Assembly (NCBI GenBank): GCA_030614255.1 | Contig: JAUWKI010000003.1 | Span: forward strand, 15,368 to 79,367 | Length of the DNA: 64,000 nucleotides | Origin: Actinomycetes bacterium | GTDB lineage: Bacteria > Actinomycetota > Aquicultoria > UBA3085 > Oleimmundimicrobiaceae | Direction: 5' to 3' | Shown: positions 21,185 through 29,721 of the stretch, piece by piece | Position numbering within the stretch: the first letter of the stretch is position 1 | How the letters are laid out: each line of letters starts with the position of its first letter | Position numbers and translations under genes: made by a program | Notes under the pieces: model-generated | Told to the model about the DNA's origin: nothing | Seen by the model: only the letters and a program-made list of their open reading frames with translations | Databases searched by the model: none

Positions 21185-22248
21185 AAAAAGATTCCAGAGC
21201 AAGCAAAAGGCGGGAAAAAAAGCAAAAATTAAGACGCCGAATTATGCTTATTGTTGGCGCTACGCTAATCGTTGCTTTGCTTATCGGGGTAGTTGGTTCT
21301 CATTTCTTTGGAGATGGAGATGCCGATAATCTTGCTACCTCAAACTCTTCGGCTACAACTTCGAATAAGAATGCTAAAGTGGATGACTCTTCCTCGAAAC
21401 CGGAGCTTGGTGACTCAGTCATTTTCCTGGTAATGGGCGTACAAGACGAGAATGGCGAAGAACTTGTGGTTGAAACGCTGGCCCTATTTTGTGATTTAAA
21501 AGCGGGCATTTTAAATGGGATATCTGTTCCAAAAGATACTATTATTGAGATTCCGGGGTTAGGTTTTGAAAGAGTTAGCGAGATGCTTTCTTTAAAGAAG
21601 GATTCAACAGCAGTATCTGCCGTTCAAAATCTTTTCGGGGTCGAGCTTCATGGCTATGCAAAATTAGACCTTTTTGATCTCGAGAGAATTATGGATAAGA
21701 ACGATTTTGAAAAAGTATTTGATAAGGCAAAAAGTTCGGATATTATATCGGAGCATCAAGAGAAGATATCATTGGCAATTGCCTCGATGGATCACCATGA
21801 AGATATAAATATTTTGCCCCTTCCCGTAAAAAATCATGCGGTGGGAGATAAAATCTATTATGAGCCCAACAGAGAAGAGCTGGAAGGACTGCTCGCACGT
21901 CTTTGGGGAGTAGAAGTTGAACAGTCTGAGAAAACAAAGGTTATGGTTTTAAATGGATGTGGGGTTCCCGGAGTTGCGGGAGAAGTTGCGGATAAGCTGA
22001 TAAATATGGGATACCAGGTAGTGGGCACAAAAAATGCGGATAATTTCAGTTACAAAGAGACTCAAATATTAGTTTATGGCGACAATGATGATGCCGCAAA
22101 CGACATTCAGAAAGCGTTGGGGGTAGGTATAATTATCGATCGGGCCATCACCCAGGAAGTAACTGATATTGTTGTGGTCGTGGGGAAAGATTATAATTTT
22201 GATGAAGAGCAAGATTCTGACGAAGATTTTCATGAGGAAGCAAATTAA
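21142..22248 (+). CDS. Membrane protein with degenerate LCP-like domain and LytR C-terminal domain (start uncertain)
   Basis: Basic N-terminus plus TM; ISVPKDT; VMVLNGCGVPGVAGEVA...NAD...DIVVVVGKDY. Confidence 0.8.
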   Translation: MELDSTGEDRRRTLKKDSRASKRREKKQKLRRRIMLIVGATLIVALLIGVVGSHFFGDGDADNLATSNSSATTSNKNAKVDDSSSKPELGDSVIFLVMGVQDENGEELVVETLALFCDLKAGILNGISVPKDTIIEIPGLGFERVSEMLSLKKDSTAVSAVQNLFGVELHGYAKLDLFDLERIMDKNDFEKVFDKAKSSDIISEHQEKISLAIASMDHHEDINILPLPVKNHAVGDKIYYEPNREELEGLLARLWGVEVEQSEKTKVMVLNGCGVPGVAGEVADKLINMGYQVVGTKNADNFSYKETQILVYGDNDDAANDIQKALGVGIIIDRAITQEVTDIVVVVGKDYNFDEEQDSDEDFHEEAN

Positions 22249-22267
22249 GCAAGGAGGCGATTGTTTA

Positions 22268-22639
22268 CTGAACGCTAAAGAAATTGCGAGGATGGCTGCG
22301 GATGCGGCGGTCGGCAAAAAAGCTGAAGACATCATCATTTTAGACTTGAGCGATCTGTTGGGAATTGTCGATTACTTTGTAATCTGTGAAGGTAAAAATG
22401 ATCGACAGGTTGATTACATTTCGGACTCAATTAAAGAAGAGTTGAGAAAAGACAGAGTAAAACCGTTCGGGGTTGAAGGAAATGGTAGAGCAGGATGGGT
22501 TTTGCTCGACTATGGCAGCGTGGTTATTCACGTATTTACAACTGAGGTGAGACAGTACTATCAAATTGAGCGTCTCTGGAAAGATGCGCCTCAACTTGAG
22601 TGGGAAGAAACTTCCCGGCAAAAAGCAAACGCAGAATAA
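22268..22639 (+). CDS. rsfS: Ribosome silencing factor RsfS (probable CTG start at 22268)
   Basis: KKAEDIIILD, DYFVIC, WVLLDYGSVVIHVF, YYQIERLW; SD AGGAGG at 22252-22257. Confidence 0.93.
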   Translation: MNAKEIARMAADAAVGKKAEDIIILDLSDLLGIVDYFVICEGKNDRQVDYISDSIKEELRKDRVKPFGVEGNGRAGWVLLDYGSVVIHVFTTEVRQYYQIERLWKDAPQLEWEETSRQKANAE

Positions 22640-22641
22640 TA

Positions 22642-22670
22642 TTGACATAGTTAAGCTGCTTTTATATAAT
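22642..22670 (+). promoter_or_regulatory. Consensus sigma70 promoter driving the T-box/tRNA leader
   Basis: TTGACA(22642-47)-17 nt-TATAAT(22665-70), a perfect consensus. Confidence 0.9.
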
Positions 22671-22859
22671 AATTTGGCAATTAAATACGGAGCTTTGAAG
22701 AAGAGCAGTAGACCTTAGACAAGATTTTAGAGAGTTGGGATGGTGGAAACCAATATCTGGTCGAGTCGAATTTATCTCTAAGCTTGGAGCTAAAAGTCAT
22801 TGTGCTATTAAGCTTCGCGTTTAGTAAACATTAAGTCACCAAAAGAGAGCGAGTTTTGT

Positions 22860-22934
22860 GGGGATGTAGCTCAGTGGGAGAGCGCCTCCTTGGCGTGGAG
22901 GAGGCCGAGGGTTCAATCCCCTCCATCTCCACCA
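22860..22934 (+). tRNA. tRNA-Ala(GGC), nested in the T-box leader
   Basis: Acceptor GGGGATG/CATCTCC with G3:U70, A73, encoded CCA; anticodon stem CCTCC/GGAGG with loop TT-GGC-GT; T-loop GTTCAATC. Confidence 0.97.
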
Positions 22935-22971
22935 ATTTATATCGCTAAATAGGGTGGTACCGCGAAAGAAT

Positions 22972-23002
22972 CCTTTCGTCCCTTTGGGTGAAAGGTTTTT
23001 TT
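22972..23002 (+). terminator. T-box intrinsic terminator
   Basis: CCTTTCGTCC-CTTT-GGGTGAAAGG-TTTTTTT. Confidence 0.85.
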
Positions 23003-23084
23003 GTTAGTTTTGTAAAGTACCAGTTTATCTGATGTATATATTTTAAATGAAGCATTTTTATTAAATTTTAATTTGTTCATTTTT

Positions 23085-23390
23085 TTGCGCGCCTACTCGC
23101 TTACTCTCGCAGAGCGAAATCGCTATTTACCCTTCGGGCACGCGATTCCTGTCTGCCCTGCCTACCGGCAGGCAGGGTGCCGCTTCTACTCGAGTTTCAC
23201 TCGTTTAACGGTGTGCTCAGAGTCACTCCAAGCAAGAGCCACGAGATGTTTTAAAAGCCACAAAATCTATAAAGACTCTATTGGTTTTTCTAAGGGCTAA
23301 AGGCTGGGGGGGCTAATGGCTAGAGGCTGTTTTAAAAAGCTCTTTTGCTTTTCCTGGTGGCTGAAAGCTGGCAGCTGGAGGCTGAAAGCT
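23085..23390. repeat. MITE-like repeat remnant with CCTGCCTACCGGCAGGCAGG palindrome (23157-23176), then a GCTGAAA/GCTGGCA heptamer array
   Basis: 23121-23252 aligns with 39345-39482; heptamers at ~23295-23390. Confidence 0.8.
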
Positions 23391-23547
23391 ATATTTTAAT
23401 GATATAATATTCCAATCACTGGCTCTGACGATAAAATTGAGACCAGATACTGATTAATGATTTAGCTAAAAAGTGAGACCAACTTGAGTTGGCAAGATAT
23501 CGCTCGCATCGGGGCGGAAGTTTATACCAGTTTCTATTGGAGGCAGT

Positions 23548-26010
23548 GTGGAAAAGTACGATTTTGCGCGGATTGAGAAAGAGTGGCAGAAAAAGTGGGA
23601 AGAATCGAAGATATATGAGGTCTCAGAAGATTCTGCGCAAAATAAAAAATATATCCTCGAGATGTTTCCATATCCTTCAGGGAACATCCATATGGGCCAC
23701 GTAAGAAACTATTCCATCGGTGACGTCGTTGCCCGTTATAACAGGATGAGGGGCTACAATGTACTTCATCCAATTGGCTACGATGCTTTTGGCATGCCGG
23801 CTGAAAATGCGGCGATAGCCCACGGGGTTCATCCCAAGAAGTGGACTACCAAGAATATTGATATCATGCGAAATCAATTAAGAGGCCTGGGTTTGAGCTA
23901 TAACTGGGATCGTGAAATCACAACCTGTGAGCCGGATTATTATAAATGGGGCCAATGGTTGTTTCTGCAGTTCTACAAAAGAGACTTGGTATATCGCAAG
24001 AAAGCCAAGGTAAATTGGTGTAATTCTTGCGAAACAGTTCTTGCTAATGAACAAGTTGAAGCGGGAGGTTGCTGGAGATGTGGTACTCCGGTTGAGCCGA
24101 AAGAGCTTGCGCAATGGTTCTTCAATATCACAAATTATGCCGAACCCTTATTAAAAGATCTTGATAAACTCCCGGGTTGGCCTGAGCGGGTCAAGGTTAT
24201 GCAGAAGAACTGGATTGGCAGAAGTGAAGGAGCTTGGGTTGATTTTTCATTGAAGGACGGTGAGACTGTCACCGTCTTTACAACGCGACCTGATACCCTT
24301 TTTGGCTGCACGTTTTTCTTGCTTGCTCCAGAGCATGCTCTCGTTGATGAACTCATCAAAGACACTCCTTATAAAGACGAGGTTGTGAAGTTTAGAAAAA
24401 AAGTTGCCAAAGAGACCGAGATAGATAGAACATCTACTGAAATTGAAAAGAATGGGTGCTTTACCGGAGCGTATATTATAAATCCCGTAAACAGAAAAAA
24501 GATACCGATTTGGGTAGCCGATTATATTCTCATGGAATACGGAACAGGAGCGGTCATGGCGGTTCCTGCCCATGATGAGAGAGATTTTGCTTTTGCCAAG
24601 AAATACAATCTTCCCATTGAGCCGGTTATCCAGCCGACAGGTGAAGATTTTAGTTTGGGTCTCAAAGAGGCGTATGTGAGCGAAGGAGTAATGATAAACT
24701 CCGGTCAGTTTACCAATATGCCCAGCAAAGAGGGAGCAAGAGCGGTAACCAAATGGTTAAAGAAGCAGGGTAAGGGCGATTTTGCGGTGAATTACCGCCT
24801 ACGTGATTGGTTGATTTCTCGCCAGCGTTACTGGGGCAACCCAATACCTATAATTTATTGTGATGAGTGTGGTGTAGTTCCTGTTCCCGAAGAAGATTTA
24901 CCGGTCGTATTGCCGGACGATGTGGAGATTACGGAAAAAGGCGGCTCTCCTTTAGCTAAACATGAGAGCTTTGTGAACACGACGTGTCCGAGATGCTCTA
25001 AGCCCGCCAAACGGGAGACCGATACTATGGATACCTTCACTTGCTCTTCGTGGTATTTCCTTCGTTATACAAGTCCTCATGAAGACAAAGGGCCCTTCAG
25101 TGTTGAGGCGGCTAATTACTGGATGCCTGTCGACCAGTATATCGGTGGCATCGAACATGCGATTATGCACCTGCTATACTCTCGTTTTTTTACTAAAGTT
25201 ATGAAAGATATGGGTTTGTGCGATGTTGAGGAACCATTTTCCAACTTGTTAACCCAAGGGATGGTTATAAAAGACGGGGCCAAGATGTCTAAATCTAAAG
25301 GCAATGTGGTTGATCCCAATGAGATAATCAAAACCTATGGAGCAGATACCGCAAGATTGTTTATCCTTTTTGCTTCACCTCCGGAAAAAGAACTCGAATG
25401 GAGTGATCAGGGAGTTCAGGGCTCTTACAGGTTTTTAAACAGGGTTTGGAGAATCGTTAAAAAGAATATAGAAGCTTCAAAAACGGATAGAAAATCCAAG
25501 TTGGATGAGGTTGACAGAGAACTCCAGAGGGTAATTCATCGAACGGTAAAGAAAGTTACAATCGATATCGAGCGCTTCAATTTAAACACAGCCATAAGCG
25601 CGACAATGGAACTCGTAAATGCCAATCATAAATATTATGATGATAAAAATGAAGTAGAAGTAAATTCGGAGATATTAGCCGAGGCCAACGAAAAGTTGCT
25701 ACTCACTCTCGCTCCTTTCGCTCCCCATATCACCGAAGAGCTATGGAAAATGACGGGAAAGACGGAGAGTGTTCATCGTGCCAATTGGCCGGTTTTTGAT
25801 GAGAAGCTTGCAAAAGCTGAAGAGATAGCTCTCATTGTCCAGGTTAATGGTAAGGTGAGGGACAAGATAACGGTCTCTGCAGATATAGGAGAGGAAGAGA
25901 TGAAAGAAGTCGCGCTTTCCAGTGAAAGACTGAGGCAGTTTACTAAGGGGAAGGAAATTGTTAAAGTGATAGTTATTCCAAAAAAACTTGTCAACGTGGT
26001 TGTGAGGTAA
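23548..26010 (+). CDS. leuS: Leucine--tRNA ligase
   Basis: [32 protein letters not shown]. Confidence 0.98.
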   Translation: MEKYDFARIEKEWQKKWEESKIYEVSEDSAQNKKYILEMFPYPSGNIHMGHVRNYSIGDVVARYNRMRGYNVLHPIGYDAFGMPAENAAIAHGVHPKKWTTKNIDIMRNQLRGLGLSYNWDREITTCEPDYYKWGQWLFLQFYKRDLVYRKKAKVNWCNSCETVLANEQVEAGGCWRCGTPVEPKELAQWFFNITNYAEPLLKDLDKLPGWPERVKVMQKNWIGRSEGAWVDFSLKDGETVTVFTTRPDTLFGCTFFLLAPEHALVDELIKDTPYKDEVVKFRKKVAKETEIDRTSTEIEKNGCFTGAYIINPVNRKKIPIWVADYILMEYGTGAVMAVPAHDERDFAFAKKYNLPIEPVIQPTGEDFSLGLKEAYVSEGVMINSGQFTNMPSKEGARAVTKWLKKQGKGDFAVNYRLRDWLISRQRYWGNPIPIIYCDECGVVPVPEEDLPVVLPDDVEITEKGGSPLAKHESFVNTTCPRCSKPAKRETDTMDTFTCSSWYFLRYTSPHEDKGPFSVEAANYWMPVDQYIGGIEHAIMHLLYSRFFTKVMKDMGLCDVEEPFSNLLTQGMVIKDGAKMSKSKGNVVDPNEIIKTYGADTARLFILFASPPEKELEWSDQGVQGSYRFLNRVWRIVKKNIEASKTDRKSKLDEVDRELQRVIHRTVKKVTIDIERFNLNTAISATMELVNANHKYYDDKNEVEVNSEILAEANEKLLLTLAPFAPHITEELWKMTGKTESVHRANWPVFDEKLAKAEEIALIVQVNGKVRDKITVSADIGEEEMKEVALSSERLRQFTKGKEIVKVIVIPKKLVNVVVR

Positions 26011-26012
26011 TA

Positions 26013-26615
26013 GTGGAGGGAGAAAAAGAGATAGTTGAAAAGGAACAGTTGCTCAAGGATGAAGTTTCAGTACAGCCCTGTACCGAGAATCAGGAGTTAA
26101 GAAGTAACCCGTTTGTGGTCTTTATTAAAGAGACTGTTTTTATCATTGTTGCAGCTCTTATCTTTTCATTTATAATACGTTTCTTTGTCGTTGAGGCCTT
26201 TACCATCCAACAACACTCTATGGACCCGACGCTCCATGACGGCGACAGAGTTCTCGTTAGCAAATTCATCTATCGCTTATCGGATATTGATTATGGTGAC
26301 ATCATAATTCTCGAGTCTCCCATGAATGAGACGGATTTCGTAAAAAGAGTTATTGCTACCGAAGGGGAGACGGTAGAGTTTAAAGAGGGCGATTTGCTTA
26401 TCGATGGAGAGTATATTGATGAATCATATGTGAAGAAACATGATTCGAATAGCTCGGGACCGCTTGAGATATCCGAAGATGAAATCTTTGTTGCCGGTGA
26501 TAACCGCGCTAACAGCTTTGACAGCCGTATTTTTGGGCCGATCTTAGAAGATGATGTGGTGGGGAAGGTGTTCTTCATCTATTGGCCGGTGGATAGAATA
26601 GGATATATAAACTAG
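26013..26615 (+). CDS. lepB: Signal peptidase I
   Basis: SMDPTLHDGDRVLV, FVKRVIA, GDNRANSFDSR. Confidence 0.93.
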   Translation: MEGEKEIVEKEQLLKDEVSVQPCTENQELRSNPFVVFIKETVFIIVAALIFSFIIRFFVVEAFTIQQHSMDPTLHDGDRVLVSKFIYRLSDIDYGDIIILESPMNETDFVKRVIATEGETVEFKEGDLLIDGEYIDESYVKKHDSNSSGPLEISEDEIFVAGDNRANSFDSRIFGPILEDDVVGKVFFIYWPVDRIGYIN

Positions 26616-26643
26616 TTTCCAAATTTGGAAGCTAGTTTTGTTT
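26609..26643 (+). terminator. Intrinsic terminator after lepB
   Basis: AACTAGTTTCCA-AATT-TGGAAGCTAGTT hairpin plus T-rich tail. Confidence 0.7.
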
Positions 26644-26724
26644 GACCGTTTATTTTTTTCTACTTGTTTTTCCTCGACTTTTACGGCTACTCTCTTTTCA
26701 TAATTTCTGTTTTTAATTATTTTT

Positions 26725-27225
26725 GTGGGTTGCTCTCGACTCTTGATTCGAGCATTTCTCCTCCTTGCTTCACTTCTCGGCGGCGACCTGCCTGCCTGCC
26801 GGTAGGCAGGCAGAACTCACCCCGATAAATCGGGGCTCAAACAGCTTCGGTCGAAACCCCGCCTCGTCGATTGCTCGTCGGCGCTCTCATATGCCTGCCC
26901 GCCTCTGGAGGGTCGCCAACGAACAACCCACCCGGGTTTTAAAACCAAAAGACAGCTTCGGCTTATTTCCTGAACAACCTATTTTTACGCCTAAAAATGA
27001 CCCCTCGTTTCACTCCCCTTTGTTCCTCCAGGGCCTGTGGCGGGGTCATCCCGGAACAGAGTGAGGGATGATATGGCGATTAAAAAAGTGTGCTCATATA
27101 TCTGCTCGACAGAGCGTAGTTGTAGGTGGGTCGCCAATGAACAACCTACCCGGATTTTAAAAAAACCAACAACAAGCTTTTATTTTGATTTTCCTGGAAG
27201 CTGATAGCTGAAGTCTGGCGACTGA
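26725..27225. repeat. Cluster of MITE-like repeats (TIR GTGGGTTGCTC/GAACAACCCAC at 26725-26931) with nested palindromes
   Basis: Palindromes at 26791-26810 and 26820-26835; 49-bp identity with 35860-35908; duplicated right end at ~27129-27170. Confidence 0.85.
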
Positions 27226-27677
27226 TTTTAAATGATATGGCGATTGTCATTTTTAATTTTTTATTTCCAAGCACAACAAGCAAAGTAATTTGTTGGTTTG
27301 GAAAGATTTCCTTAGTTAATTAAGTCTGCTACTCAATTGATAAAACTTTCTCTTATAAATATTGAGTTATTCATATCAGTATCCTCGTTTTCTTGCTATT
27401 TGCATTGGGACAGGCCCCAAAAGCAATATGGCGGTTTAATTTGTATTCATTTGCTGGCCTCCTCATTTCCGAATTATCGATAATTCGGAAATAGTTTGAG
27501 ATGAAACCCGAAGGGCTAAAAAATAAAGCATGAAGGAGTCTTTGGTTTTTTGTTGAATTATCTACATACAGTTAAATGCAATGGACTAAATACACTTCAC
27601 ACTTCAGTTGCAGTATACATTCTCTCAAAATTCCAACCAGCCAATAATAAATATCTATGGTTTAAGGAGGGATTAAA

Positions 27678-28109
27678 ATGAGGAAAATTCGGAAATGGCT
27701 TAATTCTTCATCTTTTTTAAGCATAGTTGTAATAATTATTGGGGTAATATTTTTATTTGGTATTTTAGGTTGCGAGTTCACCTCACAAAAAGAAACACTT
27801 CCTTATGCTGAAGAGAAAATTGAATCTACGCAAAATGAAACGACACCGGTCGAAGAACCAAAAAAAGAAGCAACTGCTAACGGGGAAGCCGATACAGAAG
27901 TAATCCCAAAGGAATCAGAACAACCTCTGGAGTCACCAATTGAACAGCCTAAAGAAGAGAAGAAAGAAATTACCGTCTACATAACTAAAACTGGAGAGTG
28001 CTATCATAGCGCAGGCTGTCAATATCTTAGACAAAGCTGTATCCCAATAGGTTTGGAAGCTGCCAAACCTAATTATAGGCCATGAAGCCGTTGCAATCCT
28101 CCGCTGTAA
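27678..28109 (+). CDS. Lipoprotein with acidic linker and C-terminal Cys/His metal-binding domain; in-frame TGA at 28083-85 at a Cys position (selenocysteine or nonsense mutation)
   Basis: Lipobox ILGC; VYITKTGECYHSAGCQYL...YRP-TGA-SRCNPPL-TAA, where this domain normally ends YxPCxxCxP. Confidence 0.75.
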
Positions 28110-28153
28110 GCGGATAATGTTTATAAAAATTTTTAGGGGGGGGGGTGAGATTA

Positions 28154-28291
28154 ATGCCAACAACAGGCGAGAAACCAGGAATTGGTAGATATGTTTGCTT
28201 GAGTTGTGGACAGGTTGTTCACTTAGATGATAATGACGATACTTTGCCACCATGTCCACGCTGCAATGGAACTAAATTTAAAAAAGATTAA
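28154..28291 (+). CDS. Small zinc-ribbon protein (YjzC/DUF1451-like, 45 aa; absent from the ORF track)
   Basis: MPTTGEKPGIGRYVCLSCGQVVHLDDNDDTLPPCPRCNGTKFKKD; two CxxC motifs; SD upstream. Confidence 0.85.
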   Translation: MPTTGEKPGIGRYVCLSCGQVVHLDDNDDTLPPCPRCNGTKFKKD

Positions 28292-28495
28292 TTAAACGCC
28301 TTTGCTTCGCCATTCACTGTCAGTTGGTAGCTGAAAGTTAGAGATTGACAATTGATTACACTTTTGATTCCCTCGACTACCGATTCCCAACTCCTAACTA
28401 AATGCAGGACAAAAGTATGTTTTGTTGAAATTTTAAAAATATGTCTAGTCATTAAACTTTTTTAAACAGATTAAATTAGGAGGTTATAGTCGAGA

Positions 28496-29623
28496 ATGAA
28501 GTCATTTACAATTAGTTTTGGCGGGTGGGAACGTTGTGGGCACCCTGATTTCCAGTGTTTTTTTCGAGTTAAAAGAGGAGAATTGAATTTCCCAATTTCA
28601 ATTACTTTACAAGGGGTATGTGTTATGGCTCTCAATCTTAGCAAAGAGGAAGTTAAGGAATTGCTTCCAAAAATTGGACTTGAGTGTATTTTACGCAAGA
28701 TAGCTGGGGGTGACTATCCTGACATAAGTACTAATGGATTCCAAAATATTCTTATAGATTCACCTGAACAGCTTGACTCATACATCAATAAATACTCAAA
28801 AAAGAATTGTAAATTTCAAAGTGAAGAGACAAGGGGGTTGATGTGTAATGCTCATCCTATTACAGATGAGTTAGATGGGATGACTTCAAGGATATTGTGT
28901 CAGAAGTGTTTATTACCAGATTCGCGTACTCTGTGTTCTTATCTTGTGCACCCTCAGGTTGTTGGATCCAAATCACAAAAAAAATTGGAACGTCTCATAT
29001 CTTGGGCCATTTGTGAAAAAGGTGTAGATGCGGGCAATACTTCGAAGTGTGTTCCTGGCGGCAATGATTGTTGGGAGTTTGTTTATGAACCACCTGAACT
29101 CATCTATGAAGTACCTTTAGATCTTCCAGATAGAGTAGCAGACGAAATGGATTTTATAAATCTTGTGTTTAAGGATGTTTGTAACAAAAGAGTTGTTAAA
29201 CTGAGTCAGGCACGTTCTGTTGCGGGGCTGTATGGTGATTGTAAGAGCGAAGAGGATTTTATGCACAAGGTAGCAGTCATTTCAGATATAATATCAAATA
29301 CTTCTGTAAAATCTTTTTTGTCAAAAGAAAGAATCAGTGATTTGGAAACAAACAAGAGGACAGGTTCTATAAATGAATTGGAAGCATTCTTAAGTGAACG
29401 GTTTCCAGGATTTGAAGAAAGTATTGTTTTAAATCTTCGCAACATCCAAAAAATTAGAAATAGTTTTCCAATCCATTCTCGTTCTATGAACTTGATAAAC
29501 AGCTTTAATGAACTTTATATTGAATACCCACCATTGAACTGGAACGATGCTTACCTGAAAGTTTTATTTTCTTTTTGGCAAAGTTTTCGGGAATTAAGAA
29601 GACTTATGCAAGGCCGTAAGTAG
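28496..29623 (+). CDS. Hypothetical protein, Cys-rich middle and HEPN-like RxxxxxH C-terminal domain
   Basis: 375-aa ORF with SD AGGAGG; IRNSFPIH lies in a helical-looking context. Confidence 0.6.
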   Translation: MKSFTISFGGWERCGHPDFQCFFRVKRGELNFPISITLQGVCVMALNLSKEEVKELLPKIGLECILRKIAGGDYPDISTNGFQNILIDSPEQLDSYINKYSKKNCKFQSEETRGLMCNAHPITDELDGMTSRILCQKCLLPDSRTLCSYLVHPQVVGSKSQKKLERLISWAICEKGVDAGNTSKCVPGGNDCWEFVYEPPELIYEVPLDLPDRVADEMDFINLVFKDVCNKRVVKLSQARSVAGLYGDCKSEEDFMHKVAVISDIISNTSVKSFLSKERISDLETNKRTGSINELEAFLSERFPGFEESIVLNLRNIQKIRNSFPIHSRSMNLINSFNELYIEYPPLNWNDAYLKVLFSFWQSFRELRRLMQGRK

Positions 29624-29721
29624 GTCTTTTCGGAATCACACTGATTAATGGATTTTTCTAACAAACTGAGGACAAGAGTACTTCTTGTTAAACCTTAGGG
29701 CGTGGGAATGGAGATGTAAAT

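Larger units (their letters stand above)
22691..23002 (+). ncRNA. T-box riboswitch (Leu specifier, transcription-termination type) upstream of leuS
   Basis: Stem I AGCTTTGAAG..AGTA(22707)..AGAGAG..GGTGGAA..GAA-TTTAT-CTC-TAA..GGAGCT; T-box AGGG-TGGTACC-GCG (22951-64) pairs with CGTCCCT (22977-83); overlapping terminator. Confidence 0.9.

Noticed and set aside
22768-22785. T-box being Ala-specific, regulating the tRNA itself
   Set aside because: The specifier loop has no unpaired GCN codon; CTC/CTA (Leu) fits the downstream leuS, and the tRNA lies upstream of the terminator
26765-27064. 99-aa ORF (CLPAGRQAELTPINRG..)
   Set aside because: It is a translation of the palindromic repeats; the same applies to ORFs 23073-23300, 39162-39359 and 39308-39499
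27250-27465. Minus-strand SD GGAGG plus ATG at 27450, possible pseudogene
   Set aside because: Stops after 4 codons, has several more stops and no recognisable family
27598-27660. Minus-strand fragment HRYLLLAGWNFERMYTATEV, vaguely DUF559/Vsr-like
   Set aside because: Only about 20 codons with no start; the similarity cannot be supported without a search
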